Assembly: GCA_963717145.1 (NCBI GenBank)
Contig: OY970325.1
Location: 2,784,001-2,848,000, forward strand
Origin: an uncultured Armatimonadetes bacterium
GTDB taxonomy: Bacteria > Armatimonadota > UBA5829 > DTJY01
DNA length: 64,000 nt
Direction of reading: 5' to 3'
The position numbers and the translations under genes are program-made. Shown piece after piece: positions 19,371 to 29,148 of the stretch (positions are counted from its first letter, which is position 1; the number at the start of each line of letters is the position of its first letter). The notes below the pieces were generated by a model. The model had not been told where the DNA came from and did no database searches. It was given only the letters and a program-made list of their open reading frames with translations.

Positions 19371-21406
19371 TCCTTGGCCCCTAGAATCTTCCGTACGTTC
19401 GAGGCGTATCCGGTATCGTATTCCTTCTGAAGCCGATCGCGCAGGCTCGCGTCCGAGGTGATCAGGATGAAGCGGCTGATGTCCACCTTGTCGAGACTCA
19501 CCGCTACCTTCGAGCCGTCTCGCTTCCATGAGAGGTCCTTGATCCCCTCGCAGGTGACCTCGAAGGCGTCGGATGGCTTGATCCATCCGGGAATCTCGAC
19601 CGTGACTTCCGTCTCCTCGACCGTCTTGTAGACCGTGCCGACTCGGTCAGATGCGACATCATCGTTCACCACGATCAGCGCGACCGTGTCGGTTCCTGAG
19701 AGAAGAGTCCGAGTCCACAGTTCCTTCGGCGCTTTGACTGGCAGGTTCGCCGGACAGCTCTGAGTGATCACCGATCCCGCCGTCCGGATCTCCGCTCCCA
19801 GGAGGCCGATCTCCTTCCAGAGCGCCTTCGCCTCCGGTTCGTCCGTCCCGAGGCCCACGCAGTTCACGTCAGGCGCGAACCACCAGTACGACAGCCCCTT
19901 CGCACCGTTGCCGATCGAGTAGTAGACCTCCATCCGCTTCTCCTCAGGAGTCGGATATCGGCCCTTCTGCCCGAGCGCCTCGTTCTGATACCTCGTCGAG
20001 CAGAGGATGACGTGCAACGGTTTCGGCTGGCCGGACGACTGCGAGATCGTCGTGACGCCGCTCACGTAAGTCGGCTTCGAATGGACCGCGAGCGTGCCGG
20101 GATGGTTCCAGTACGTCTGATCGAGCTGCTCAGGGTAATACGGATCGACGCACGGGATGTCCGCCAACTGGTGATACATATACCAGTTCTCCGGTTTGTA
20201 GGTATTGTCGATGTTGAGCAGGAGCGGCACATTCGAATTGTGCTTCCGAAGCTCCTCGCTCCATCGGATCAGCCACATCCCGAGCGATCCGAGCCGGTCC
20301 CATGCCTCGAGTTCGCCGGTCGCCGCATCGTGGGCGTCCGGCTCGTCCTGCACGAAGAAGAAGGTCGGGTCGTAGGGGCCGACATCCCAGGTGGTCATCC
20401 GTCCGATGCCGAGTGACATGCAAAACCGCCAGCCCCCATCGCTGCGGAAGAAATCGTTTCCCTTATGGGTCGAGTGGCCCATGTGGCAGTTGATGTTGTG
20501 CGCCGCCCAGTCGGTCAGGTATTCCTTCCCGACCTCCTCGGAAGTCCCGCTGCCTCGACCACCGCCCCACATGCCGTAGACAATCTCGTGCCCCCATGCC
20601 CGGATTCCGGCCATCGCCGCGGAACCGTCGGGGTAACCGGCTCGGAAGTTGTGATAGGACATGAACTCCAGCGGGACGAGGCGTCGCAACACGATCGGCG
20701 AGAGATCGGACGACTTGTCCGACACGATGCTGCATGAGGCCGTTACATCTTTGCCGTCGAGGAAGATCTTATCCGGCTTGAGTCCCTTGGGATGCTTGGC
20801 ATACAGATAAAGGGTCGAGAGGTCGGGGCTGAAGCTGATGGTCGCGAACCGGGGATAGGACTTGCGTGTATCAGTTACGTTCGATACCGTGCCCTTGTCG
20901 GTCGTGACATCGACGACAAGCCTCCAAAGCTTCGGGCTCCTGCGCATTCGGACGACGATCTCGCCCATGCCGTTTGCAGGGACGAATCGGGGCTCGGGCT
21001 TCCACCATCCAGGCGATCCGGCCTGATTCAGGAGGTCAATCTGTTCCTTCGGCAGCTTCGAGAGCAGGACGCTCGCACCGAACTTCTCCTCGGGGCTCAC
21101 CGTCACGTCGGTCATACCGATACCTTCCGAAAGCTTGACGCCCTGGATGGTGACGTCCTTGATCTCGACGGTCTCCAGGCCGGTGTTCTTGAAGTAGACG
21201 AACAGGTATCCGCCCAAAGGCATATCGGGGCGCGCGTACTGGAGCTTGTTGCCGTCCGGTCCCTTGAGCGACCATCCCTCCTGCCACAGCGGCATGAACT
21301 CCGGGAACGGCTTGTCCGCGAAGTACGCCGATCCCACCACCACCGGCTGAGCCGACGCTGACGTGAGGACGCAGAGCACAAGGACTACAAGAACGCCAAG
21401 TCTCAT
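19367..21406 (-). CDS. Secreted hypothetical glycoside-hydrolase-like protein (paralog of 16243-18237)
   Basis: Signal peptide; FVQDEPD, DIPCVDPY, GNGAKGLSYWW. Confidence 0.6.
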   Translation of the reverse strand: MRLGVLVVLVLCVLTSASAQPVVVGSAYFADKPFPEFMPLWQEGWSLKGPDGNKLQYARPDMPLGGYLFVYFKNTGLETVEIKDVTIQGVKLSEGIGMTDVTVSPEEKFGASVLLSKLPKEQIDLLNQAGSPGWWKPEPRFVPANGMGEIVVRMRRSPKLWRLVVDVTTDKGTVSNVTDTRKSYPRFATISFSPDLSTLYLYAKHPKGLKPDKIFLDGKDVTASCSIVSDKSSDLSPIVLRRLVPLEFMSYHNFRAGYPDGSAAMAGIRAWGHEIVYGMWGGGRGSGTSEEVGKEYLTDWAAHNINCHMGHSTHKGNDFFRSDGGWRFCMSLGIGRMTTWDVGPYDPTFFFVQDEPDAHDAATGELEAWDRLGSLGMWLIRWSEELRKHNSNVPLLLNIDNTYKPENWYMYHQLADIPCVDPYYPEQLDQTYWNHPGTLAVHSKPTYVSGVTTISQSSGQPKPLHVILCSTRYQNEALGQKGRYPTPEEKRMEVYYSIGNGAKGLSYWWFAPDVNCVGLGTDEPEAKALWKEIGLLGAEIRTAGSVITQSCPANLPVKAPKELWTRTLLSGTDTVALIVVNDDVASDRVGTVYKTVEETEVTVEIPGWIKPSDAFEVTCEGIKDLSWKRDGSKVAVSLDKVDISRFILITSDASLRDRLQKEYDTGYASNVRKILGAKE

Positions 21407-21410
21407 CCGC

Positions 21411-21443
21411 CCATACTCCCTCACCCCCACACTCCCATACTCC
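21411..21443. repeat. Short 8-mer tandem repeat (ccatactc/ccacactc); also at ~40290-40314 and ~42579-42612
   Basis: ccatactccctcacccccacactcccatactcc. Confidence 0.7.
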
Positions 21444-21445
21444 GC

Positions 21446-22897
21446 TTACTTGCCATACTGCTTCTCGAGCGCATCCGCATGGTGCGCCCGGCCGGATGAA
21501 CGCAGGCGCTTGCAGTACGTTTCCAACTGCCCGGTCGTATGATGCGGCCCGCCCTCGCGCATGACGGTCCACAGCGGATCGACATCAGAGGTGGATGCCG
21601 CCATCATCTCGGTCTGCCACTCATGGAGCACCCCCTCGGCATACTTCACGATGTCCGGACGCTGCTCTGCCAGGTTGTTCGTCTCATGAGGGTCCTCCTC
21701 GATGTTGAACAGCATCTCCGGCGGGAAGTCCTTCAGGCCGGTATGGTACGTGCGGATCATGATCCACGGCCCGAACCGGACAGCTCTCTGGCAACTCCAC
21801 GCGCACTGGCTCACGACGAGGTTGTCATGCCCCGAAGGCGTGCCGTCGCGCAGAGTGGCGGCATAGCTCTTCCCATCCCAGACCGGCGGGATCGGCTGAT
21901 CGAGCAACTCGGCCATCGTAGGCGGTAGATCGAGATTGTAGTGGAACGCCCGATCGACGGATCCGCTCTGCATGCCCGGCCACCTGATGATCATCGGGAT
22001 GCGACTGCAGCAGTGATCCGCCGTCTGATGGTCGCCGTAGACGTTCAGTTCGCCCAGGTTCTCGCCGTGATCGGAGCTGACCAGGATCACCGTGTCGTCG
22101 AGCACTCCCTGGTCGTCGAGGGCGTTGAGTACCTGCCCGATATGGTCGTCCATGTACTTTATGCCGGTATCGTAGCCGTTGATCCAGCGCACCCAGTCCT
22201 TGTGCGTCCTGATCTCGGTCGGCACTCGCGGCCACTTGTACTCCTGGGGTACATCCATGTGGATCGGCTCGCAGGCGCTATGGGGGCCGTAGCTCGCACG
22301 ATGCTTCTGGATGATCTCCTCGGTCATCCAACTCGGCGGCGGATTGTTCGCGAACGGCTCGCCATATTCCTCAGGCGTCCGATATGGTGTATGGGGATCC
22401 CACAGGTTGAGCTGCAGGAACCAGTTGTCCGTCTTGGCGTTTCGACTGATCCAATCGAGCGCGCGCGGCGTGACCTCCTCGGCGCTCTCGAGGCCGCCCT
22501 TGCCGGTGTTCCTCATCTCGTTGAACCCGGTATAGAACCACCAGGCGGAGTGGCGCTCGGCGAACGGGCTCAGGGAGGCCGTATGGAAGCCGGCTTTTCT
22601 GAGCATACTCATCCACGCGGTCTGGGATGCGGCCGTGCGGAACATCCGGCTCTCGCCCTGGATGAACGGATCCGCGGCGGTTCCTCCGTGCCCCACGACG
22701 CCGGTGTGGATCCCGAACCGGCAAGCATAGAGCGCCGACCTCGACGGCAGGCACGGCGCATCCGACGTGTAGTAGTTCTCGAAGCGCACGCCCTCCGAGG
22801 CGATCCGATCGATATTCGGCGACGTATCTCGATGATATCCATAGCAGCCCAAATGGTCCGGCCGCAGGGTATCAAGGTCCAGATACAGAATTCTCAC
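21446..22897 (-). CDS. Sulfatase (Cys-type)
   Basis: DLDTLR, CLPSR motif, SSDHGE. Confidence 0.9.
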   Translation of the reverse strand: MRILYLDLDTLRPDHLGCYGYHRDTSPNIDRIASEGVRFENYYTSDAPCLPSRSALYACRFGIHTGVVGHGGTAADPFIQGESRMFRTAASQTAWMSMLRKAGFHTASLSPFAERHSAWWFYTGFNEMRNTGKGGLESAEEVTPRALDWISRNAKTDNWFLQLNLWDPHTPYRTPEEYGEPFANNPPPSWMTEEIIQKHRASYGPHSACEPIHMDVPQEYKWPRVPTEIRTHKDWVRWINGYDTGIKYMDDHIGQVLNALDDQGVLDDTVILVSSDHGENLGELNVYGDHQTADHCCSRIPMIIRWPGMQSGSVDRAFHYNLDLPPTMAELLDQPIPPVWDGKSYAATLRDGTPSGHDNLVVSQCAWSCQRAVRFGPWIMIRTYHTGLKDFPPEMLFNIEEDPHETNNLAEQRPDIVKYAEGVLHEWQTEMMAASTSDVDPLWTVMREGGPHHTTGQLETYCKRLRSSGRAHHADALEKQYGK

Positions 22898-22922
22898 TTG
22901 CAGTCTCCATAACTCATGGCGT

Positions 22923-24347
22923 TCACGCCAGCTTCATCTTGTATAGATTGGCGAAGAGTCTGAACTCCCTCGCAAAATCGCCACAGAACAGGACGTTATG
23001 ATGGCCTTTGACCATACTCGCGTCCTTTCGATCCGTTATCGCTATTTCCACGTTGGTTGCGCATCCGCCGGCGGGCGGCATGTCGTGCGACTTCCAGACT
23101 CTGCCCGCATAGACGTCCAGGGTTGCCGGTTGCCCGGTGTAATACTTGGCCATCGTAACGGGCTCACCTTGCTTCCAGAAGGTCTGGATCGCGCAGCTTC
23201 CCTCGTTCGAGTGGAAGAACTTGCGCAGGATATGGGGCGATGCCGGGCGATCCGGCCCATGGAGCTTTGGAGCGCAGGTGCAGTGTGACGCGTAGTAGTG
23301 GTTGCGCTCGGTCTCATACGCTGGATTATGCTGGAATCCGGCGCGTCCCGTCAGCGCCTCCCCCAAGAACAGGGTGTATACCGCTCCGAGATCGTTCTCA
23401 CACGCTGCAGGCGTAAGCTCGCTGTTGAGCAGGGCGAAGCTCACGCACGGCTTGAGCATCCCCTCGCGCAGGCACGTCATCGTCACGCCGTCGGCCTCAT
23501 GCTCGACAAGCATCTTCTTCAGGACCAGGTGGGCTCTCGCCGCGTTCTCCAGTGCCTCCTGGGTCACACGCACGTCCTGCGCGCCCTTGGTGAGGCTCGC
23601 TATCAGCTTCTTGGCCTCAGCGCCGATCGGGGTCCGGCGGAACTCATCGCCATATATCGAGGAGGGGACGACCTTGACCTTGAGGCCGAGAAACTGCTCT
23701 TGGGCTTCGGTGATCTTATCCACCTTGGTGATGCTCAGGAGCCGGCTCTGACTCAGCAGCTTCTTCGTGTTGATCATCCGCATCCCGTACTCGATGGCCT
23801 CGAAGTTATCGAGCGACTGGATGAAGTACACCCCGGGCATCTGATACTGGCTAACTGGCCCATGCTTGACGCCTAGGTTGATGTAGAATACCGTCGGGAT
23901 GCCGGCCTTGTCCCCGGCTTTGATGAGAGTGTTGGCGTGCGCCAGGCTCATGTTGTAGAACATCACTATCAGTAGTCCGTCCGGCTTGTCCGCCTCGATC
24001 TCCTTTGCCACTCGCTCCGCATCGGAGGCGTTGGCGACTGGCGCGGGATCGACGGCGATCGTCATCCCCAGCTTCTTCTCGATGTCCTTGAGCGCCTCTC
24101 TGTACTGCTTCTCGTGTCCCTCAGCATCATACTGATTGCCCGGCCAGCTCCACCAGCCGTCGGGGTTCTCGGCAAACGACTTGGACGGCGGGTACAGGAA
24201 CACGGTCCGAACCTTTGCGCCTTCCTTGCGACGCACAGCCTCCGCCGAGAACGCGGACCACGGGTCTGCGAGAACAAACGGTGTCGCCGCGACAACGGCA
24301 GTTGCGCCCTGCAGGAAGGCCCTGCGGGACATGCCTGATTGTGTCAT
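22923..24347 (-). CDS. Tat-signal protein with L-fucose/L-arabinose-isomerase-like C-terminal region
   Basis: SRRAFLQ; ACENDLGA, SHCTC, GHHNVLFCGDF. Confidence 0.55.
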   Translation of the reverse strand: MTQSGMSRRAFLQGATAVVAATPFVLADPWSAFSAEAVRRKEGAKVRTVFLYPPSKSFAENPDGWWSWPGNQYDAEGHEKQYREALKDIEKKLGMTIAVDPAPVANASDAERVAKEIEADKPDGLLIVMFYNMSLAHANTLIKAGDKAGIPTVFYINLGVKHGPVSQYQMPGVYFIQSLDNFEAIEYGMRMINTKKLLSQSRLLSITKVDKITEAQEQFLGLKVKVVPSSIYGDEFRRTPIGAEAKKLIASLTKGAQDVRVTQEALENAARAHLVLKKMLVEHEADGVTMTCLREGMLKPCVSFALLNSELTPAACENDLGAVYTLFLGEALTGRAGFQHNPAYETERNHYYASHCTCAPKLHGPDRPASPHILRKFFHSNEGSCAIQTFWKQGEPVTMAKYYTGQPATLDVYAGRVWKSHDMPPAGGCATNVEIAITDRKDASMVKGHHNVLFCGDFAREFRLFANLYKMKLA

Positions 24348-24357
24348 GCGTTTCCTC

Positions 24358-24714
24358 CTATCCTCGTCGTACGCGGGTCTTCGACTCCGTAGCGACCACG
24401 AAGCAAGAACGCCATGCGTCAGTATCCTCTGAGGAGAAAAGGGTCTCTACCTTCTGGAGCAGAGTCCTTCTGCTGGGCTCTCGGAGACGCAGGAGTAGTA
24501 TGCCGGCGTGTCTACCCGGCATGAATCTACGGAGGTCGGAGAAGTCCATGTCCTGGGTGATCAGGAAGCGGCCCTCGTGCTGAGCAGCCTGCCACACGGT
24601 GCCGTCATCTGCGCCGCTCAGTCCCTCCGACTGCACTGTATGAACATCCTGGCCGAGGCGTTCCAGTATGTCGGCCAGACCCGCCGGCACGTTCTCGTCG
24701 ATCTTGATCTTCAT
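24358..24714 (-). CDS. DUF5615 PIN-like toxin
   Basis: MKIKIDENVP...GLSGADD...FLITQDMDF. Confidence 0.9.
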   Translation of the reverse strand: MKIKIDENVPAGLADILERLGQDVHTVQSEGLSGADDGTVWQAAQHEGRFLITQDMDFSDLRRFMPGRHAGILLLRLREPSRRTLLQKVETLFSSEDTDAWRSCFVVATESKTRVRRG

Positions 24715-24950
24715 GCTACGTTGGGCAGTTCCGGAACCGGTAGGTCTTCCTGTGCTGACGAAGCGGCGAAAGCAATGGCTGCTCGCACGTCCTCCTCTGT
24801 CAGCGAGGGGAAATCCTTAAGTATGTCTTCAGCGCTATCTCCATCAGCAAGACTTGCCAGGATCGTTCTCAGGGTCACCCTTGTTCCCCTGAACACCGTT
24901 TCGCCCCCGCTTATCTTGGGGTTGCGCACAAATCGCTCTCTGTAGTTCAT
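24711..24950 (-). CDS. DUF433 antitoxin
   Basis: NPKISGGETVFRGTRV...DFPSLTEEDVRAAIAFAA; extended -10 TGCTATAAT at 24970-24978. Confidence 0.9.
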   Translation of the reverse strand: MNYRERFVRNPKISGGETVFRGTRVTLRTILASLADGDSAEDILKDFPSLTEEDVRAAIAFAASSAQEDLPVPELPNVA

Positions 24951-24990
24951 TGACCACACCTCCAGCGGTATTATAGCATAGCCGGCTGAA

Positions 24991-26394
24991 TCACTCTCTC
25001 GCCACGAGCCCGCTGCATCCCGGGGCATCGGGCTGCTTGAGGCAGCTCTCCACCAGGAACTCGGGGTAGCCGCCCGCCGCATCCTTCGCGCCCAGCTTGT
25101 AGAGTCGCTTGACCTCATCCGGGAACTGATCCGCCACGTTTGTCTTCAGAGTGGGATCCTTCTCCATGTCGAAGAGGAACGCGCCGCTCGAGTCGATCTT
25201 GCAGTTCAGCCACCACTTGCCGTCGATGACGGTGATCGTCGCGTTCCAGCCCACAGTGATGTGATCCCTCTTACCCGGCGCACCCGCGATCGCCGCCTTC
25301 CAGAACGGCTTGCCGTCGAGATCGGGGCTGAGTCCCGCGAAATCGAGCACCTGAGCGGCCACATCGTTATGGTTCACGAACAGGTCGCTTCTCTTCCCCG
25401 CGCCGATACCCTCAGGATGCCGGATGAGGAGCGGCACGTCGTAGACCGAGGGGTGCGACGGGTATCCCCGCTTGCCGAGGAAGTTGTTGTCGCCGATCGA
25501 GTGCCCGTGGTCGGCGGTCACGATCAGCATCGTGTTCTCAAGCAGGCCGAGCGCGCGCATGCTGTCATAGAGGTGGCCGAACCACCGGTCGCACATCGTC
25601 ACCAGGCCGCTGTAGTTCGCCTGGGCGCGCTTGAGGAGTTCCGGCGGCATGTTCGTCGTGTCGAGGTAGCCGGAGATCACCCACTCAGGACCGTCACCGG
25701 GATCGTACATCTTGCGGTAGTGCTCGGGCACGAACCACGGCTCGTGCGGATCGAAGCTCTCGATGGTGAGGAAGAAGTTCTCCGCATCCTTGTTCTGCTC
25801 GAGCCACCTGGCCGACTCAGCCAATACCCGCGGGGCGAAGTAGTCCTCCTCCTTCACGCGGTCGTGCATATTCATCAGGCAGTTGCGGATGAACTGAGTC
25901 CTGTACTCCGTGTGGAACTCCTTGGGGAGCCAGTAGTAAAGCTCCTCATCCGTCGGCACCGGGCCGCTGCGTTGTTTGTCCTGCTCCTGGCCGCGAAGGA
26001 ACGTCCACTGGTCGAAGCCGCGCCAGTAGTTCTTCGACGGCTTGAACATATGGTAGACATCGGAGACCAGCGCGGTCCGATAGCCCTTCGCCTGCAGAGT
26101 CTCGGCAAGAGTGTCCTGATCCTCAGGGATCGGACCCCAGCCGGTTGCGCCGACGAAGTCGCCCTTGAGCCGGAAATCTGAGTTGTGGAACGGGTAGACG
26201 CGCTTGCCGGTATAGAGCGCGCGCCGGGTCGGAAGTGTCGGCAGCGACTCGGGGTACATGCGGTCCATCACCAGCGACTCCTTCGCGAGCGCATCGAGAG
26301 TCGGCGTCTGGACCTTCCCCCACGGCGGCTGCTGACCGTAGCAGCCGACGCAGTCCTTCCTCAACGAATCGAAAACCAGCAGGATGATGTTCAT
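24991..26394 (-). CDS. Sulfatase-like hydrolase with Thr at the FGly position
   Basis: FDSLR, SLPTLPTRRALYTG, FDPHEPW, TADHG. Confidence 0.8.
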   Translation of the reverse strand: MNIILLVFDSLRKDCVGCYGQQPPWGKVQTPTLDALAKESLVMDRMYPESLPTLPTRRALYTGKRVYPFHNSDFRLKGDFVGATGWGPIPEDQDTLAETLQAKGYRTALVSDVYHMFKPSKNYWRGFDQWTFLRGQEQDKQRSGPVPTDEELYYWLPKEFHTEYRTQFIRNCLMNMHDRVKEEDYFAPRVLAESARWLEQNKDAENFFLTIESFDPHEPWFVPEHYRKMYDPGDGPEWVISGYLDTTNMPPELLKRAQANYSGLVTMCDRWFGHLYDSMRALGLLENTMLIVTADHGHSIGDNNFLGKRGYPSHPSVYDVPLLIRHPEGIGAGKRSDLFVNHNDVAAQVLDFAGLSPDLDGKPFWKAAIAGAPGKRDHITVGWNATITVIDGKWWLNCKIDSSGAFLFDMEKDPTLKTNVADQFPDEVKRLYKLGAKDAAGGYPEFLVESCLKQPDAPGCSGLVARE

Positions 26395-26444
26395 TCGGTT
26401 ACTCCTCGTAAATTCTGATCACATTAATTCATGTTCGATTCCGA

Positions 26445-26849
26445 TTACCGGATATCCTTGCGCAGGATCAGCTCCGTGGGCTCACCTGGGAGCAGGAGCG
26501 CTCCGGAATCGACGTAGCCGAGCCGTCTGTAGAAATGCTGCCCCTCCTCATCGGACTGCGTGGATGTCAGAACGTATTCGAACCCCCGCTCGCGCATGTC
26601 CTCTTCCCACCGCTCCACAAGGTGCCTGCCGAGTCCCTTCCGGCGGTATGGCTCGAGCAGATAGAGCATGTTCATGAAGGGGACGAGGTCCCAGAAGAGG
26701 CCGTATCGAAGCCAACCCACTGTGTCATCGCGGTCCAGTGCCATGTACACCTGCGAGTCGGCGATCTTCCCCTGCATTACCTCCCTGAGGACATGGTGAT
26801 CGTGCCGGATGAGGAACTCCAGGTCATCGATTGTCGCGAGTCGGATCAT
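26445..26849 (-). CDS. GNAT acetyltransferase
   Basis: PYRRKGLGRHL, FYRRLGY. Confidence 0.9.
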   Translation of the reverse strand: MIRLATIDDLEFLIRHDHHVLREVMQGKIADSQVYMALDRDDTVGWLRYGLFWDLVPFMNMLYLLEPYRRKGLGRHLVERWEEDMRERGFEYVLTSTQSDEEGQHFYRRLGYVDSGALLLPGEPTELILRKDIR

Positions 26850-27628
26850 GGCATGGGCTCTCCAGGCTTGGTGCAGACGAACACCGGAGCGGCACTGCGA
26901 GGGTCGTCCGAGGAAGCGCCCGCGTTGGTCTCTTCGTGCACCTCAAAGCCTGCCTCGCGGAGGGTCGTCCTCCAGGTGTCCAGGCTGAACAACCCGTCCT
27001 CACTGCGGTCGGTCTCGATCCGCAACACGCCGTTCTCTCGAATCAGGTAGATCAGCGTGAACTCGTAGGTATCGTCGGTCGGATCGGGGTCATAGTCATT
27101 CTCGACAAACGTGACCTCCAGGTTGTCGGGCTTGTCGGGGCTGTCCGCCACTGAGACCCGACTGCAGTTCTGCCGGAAGGTCTCCTTGACGAAGTCAGGG
27201 CCGATGACCATGACTCCGCCAGGGCGCAGGTGCTCGAAGGCGGTCCGAAATACCGCCGTCAGGTCGGATAGGTCTGATATATCGGTGATGCCGTCATCGA
27301 CGAAGATGCAGTCGAACTGCCTTCCGAGTGAGCAGTCGCGCATATCCGCCAGGACGAACTCGCAGTTCGGGTTCAACTTCTTCGCCAGGTCGAGCATCGG
27401 CCGGCTGATGTCAACGCCGGTCACCTCAAAATGCTTCTTAAGGTTATATGCGTTCGTCCCGCCGCCGCACGCCAGGTTCAGAAACGTAGTCGCCGGTATC
27501 TTCGAGTACTGCCTGATCAGGCGAGTGACGTTGTCAGCCCAATCCACATAGTCAGGATCAGTGTGGTAGTTCCACAACGGCCAAAGCCACGCCAGATCGT
27601 TGTATAGCCGGAAGCCATCACCGGTCAT
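26846..27628 (-). CDS. Class I SAM-dependent methyltransferase
   Basis: LNLACGGG, GVDIS, ADMRD, HLRPGG. Confidence 0.9.
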   Translation of the reverse strand: MTGDGFRLYNDLAWLWPLWNYHTDPDYVDWADNVTRLIRQYSKIPATTFLNLACGGGTNAYNLKKHFEVTGVDISRPMLDLAKKLNPNCEFVLADMRDCSLGRQFDCIFVDDGITDISDLSDLTAVFRTAFEHLRPGGVMVIGPDFVKETFRQNCSRVSVADSPDKPDNLEVTFVENDYDPDPTDDTYEFTLIYLIRENGVLRIETDRSEDGLFSLDTWRTTLREAGFEVHEETNAGASSDDPRSAAPVFVCTKPGEPMP

Positions 27629-27673
27629 GCCTTCTTCTCCATTGCAGGCTAAGAGGCCGGCACAACCAACGTC

Positions 27674-29089
27674 CTAGTACCGGTAGTGCTCGGACTTGAA
27701 CGGCCCGTCCACGGAGACGCCGATGTAGTCCGCCTGCCTATCCGAGAGCTTCGTCAGCTTCGCGCCGAGCTTGCTCAGGTGCAGCCGCGCCACTTCCTCG
27801 TCGAGCTTCTTATCCAGCATGTACACGCCGATCTCGTGATCGTTCTTCCAGAGATCCATCTGCGCGAGCGTCTGGTTCGTGAAGCTGTTGGACATGACGA
27901 AGCTCGGATGGCCTGTCGCGCAGCCCAGGTTGATCAGGCGGCCCTCAGCCAGCAGATAGATGGTATGCCCGTCCGGAAACGTGAAGGCATCCACCTGAGG
28001 TTTGATGTTCATGTGCTTGATCCCAGGCCACTCCCTGAGCTGCTTCACCTGGATCTCGTTGTCGAAGTGTCCGATGTTGCAGACGATCGCCTGGTCCTTC
28101 ATCTTCGACATGTACTCGGCGGTGATGATATCGCAGTTGCCGGTCGCCGTGACGTAGATGTCGGCGTGCGGAAGCGCGTCTTCGACCGTGGTGACCGTGT
28201 AGCCGGCCATGCAGGCCTGGAGCGCACAGATGGGGTCGATCTCCGTGACCCAAACCCGTGCCTTCAGACCGGAGAGCGATTCGGCGGAACCCTTGCCCAC
28301 ATCGCCGTAACCGCATATGAGGGCGATCTTACCTGAGATCATCACGTCGGTCGCGCGCTTGATCCCGTCCACCAGCGATTCCCGGCAGCCATAGATGTTG
28401 TCGAACTTGCTCTTGGTGACGGAGTCGTTCACGTTGATAGCCGGGAAGAGCAACTCGCCCTTCTCCATCATCTGATACAACCTGTGAACGCCGGTCGTGG
28501 TCTCTTCGGATACGCCTCTGATGCCTTTCACGATCCTGTGGAAGAATGTCTTGTCCTCCTCAAGCGCCTGCTTCAGCGTTCGGTTCACGATCGCCAACTC
28601 TTCGTTGTCCGTCGGCTCATCCAGTATGGAGGCGTCGTTCTCCGCAAAGTAGCCGCGGTGGATCAGGAGGGTCGCATCTCCGCCGTCATCAACTATCAGG
28701 GTCGGGCCGTTTCCATCGGGCCAGGTGAGCGCGCGCTTCGTGTACGCCCAATACTCATCCAGAGTCTCGCCCTTGAATGCGAACACGGGTACACCCGCCC
28801 GCGCAATAGCGGCCGCCGCGTGATCCTGAGTGGAGAAGATATTGCAACTCGCCCACCGCACGTCTGCTCCGAGTTCCACGAGGGTCTCTATCAGGACTGC
28901 GGTCTGAATGGTCATGTGGAGCGAGCCCATTATCCGGGCGCCTTTGAGCGGCTTCTGCGGGCCGTACTTCTCCCTGGTCGCCATCAGACCAGGCATTTCC
29001 TTCTCTGCGATTGCGATCTCCTTGCGGCCGAAATCGGCCAGACTGATGTCCTTGACGGCATAGTCCGCCGCCGGTGATTGGATGCTCAT
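27674..29089 (-). CDS. ahcY: Adenosylhomocysteinase
   Basis: [49 protein letters not shown]-terminal HYRY. Confidence 0.98.
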   Translation of the reverse strand: MSIQSPAADYAVKDISLADFGRKEIAIAEKEMPGLMATREKYGPQKPLKGARIMGSLHMTIQTAVLIETLVELGADVRWASCNIFSTQDHAAAAIARAGVPVFAFKGETLDEYWAYTKRALTWPDGNGPTLIVDDGGDATLLIHRGYFAENDASILDEPTDNEELAIVNRTLKQALEEDKTFFHRIVKGIRGVSEETTTGVHRLYQMMEKGELLFPAINVNDSVTKSKFDNIYGCRESLVDGIKRATDVMISGKIALICGYGDVGKGSAESLSGLKARVWVTEIDPICALQACMAGYTVTTVEDALPHADIYVTATGNCDIITAEYMSKMKDQAIVCNIGHFDNEIQVKQLREWPGIKHMNIKPQVDAFTFPDGHTIYLLAEGRLINLGCATGHPSFVMSNSFTNQTLAQMDLWKNDHEIGVYMLDKKLDEEVARLHLSKLGAKLTKLSDRQADYIGVSVDGPFKSEHYRY

Positions 29090-29148
29090 ATCGGATTCTT
29101 CCTTTCGTAGATGGTAACGAGTGACGAACTTCGCCGCTCAGTAGTCTG

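Noticed and set aside
29090-29148. SAH/SAM riboswitch before ahcY
   Set aside because: The intergenic gap is only ~60 bp and I see no recognisable aptamer; an Rfam scan would settle it.
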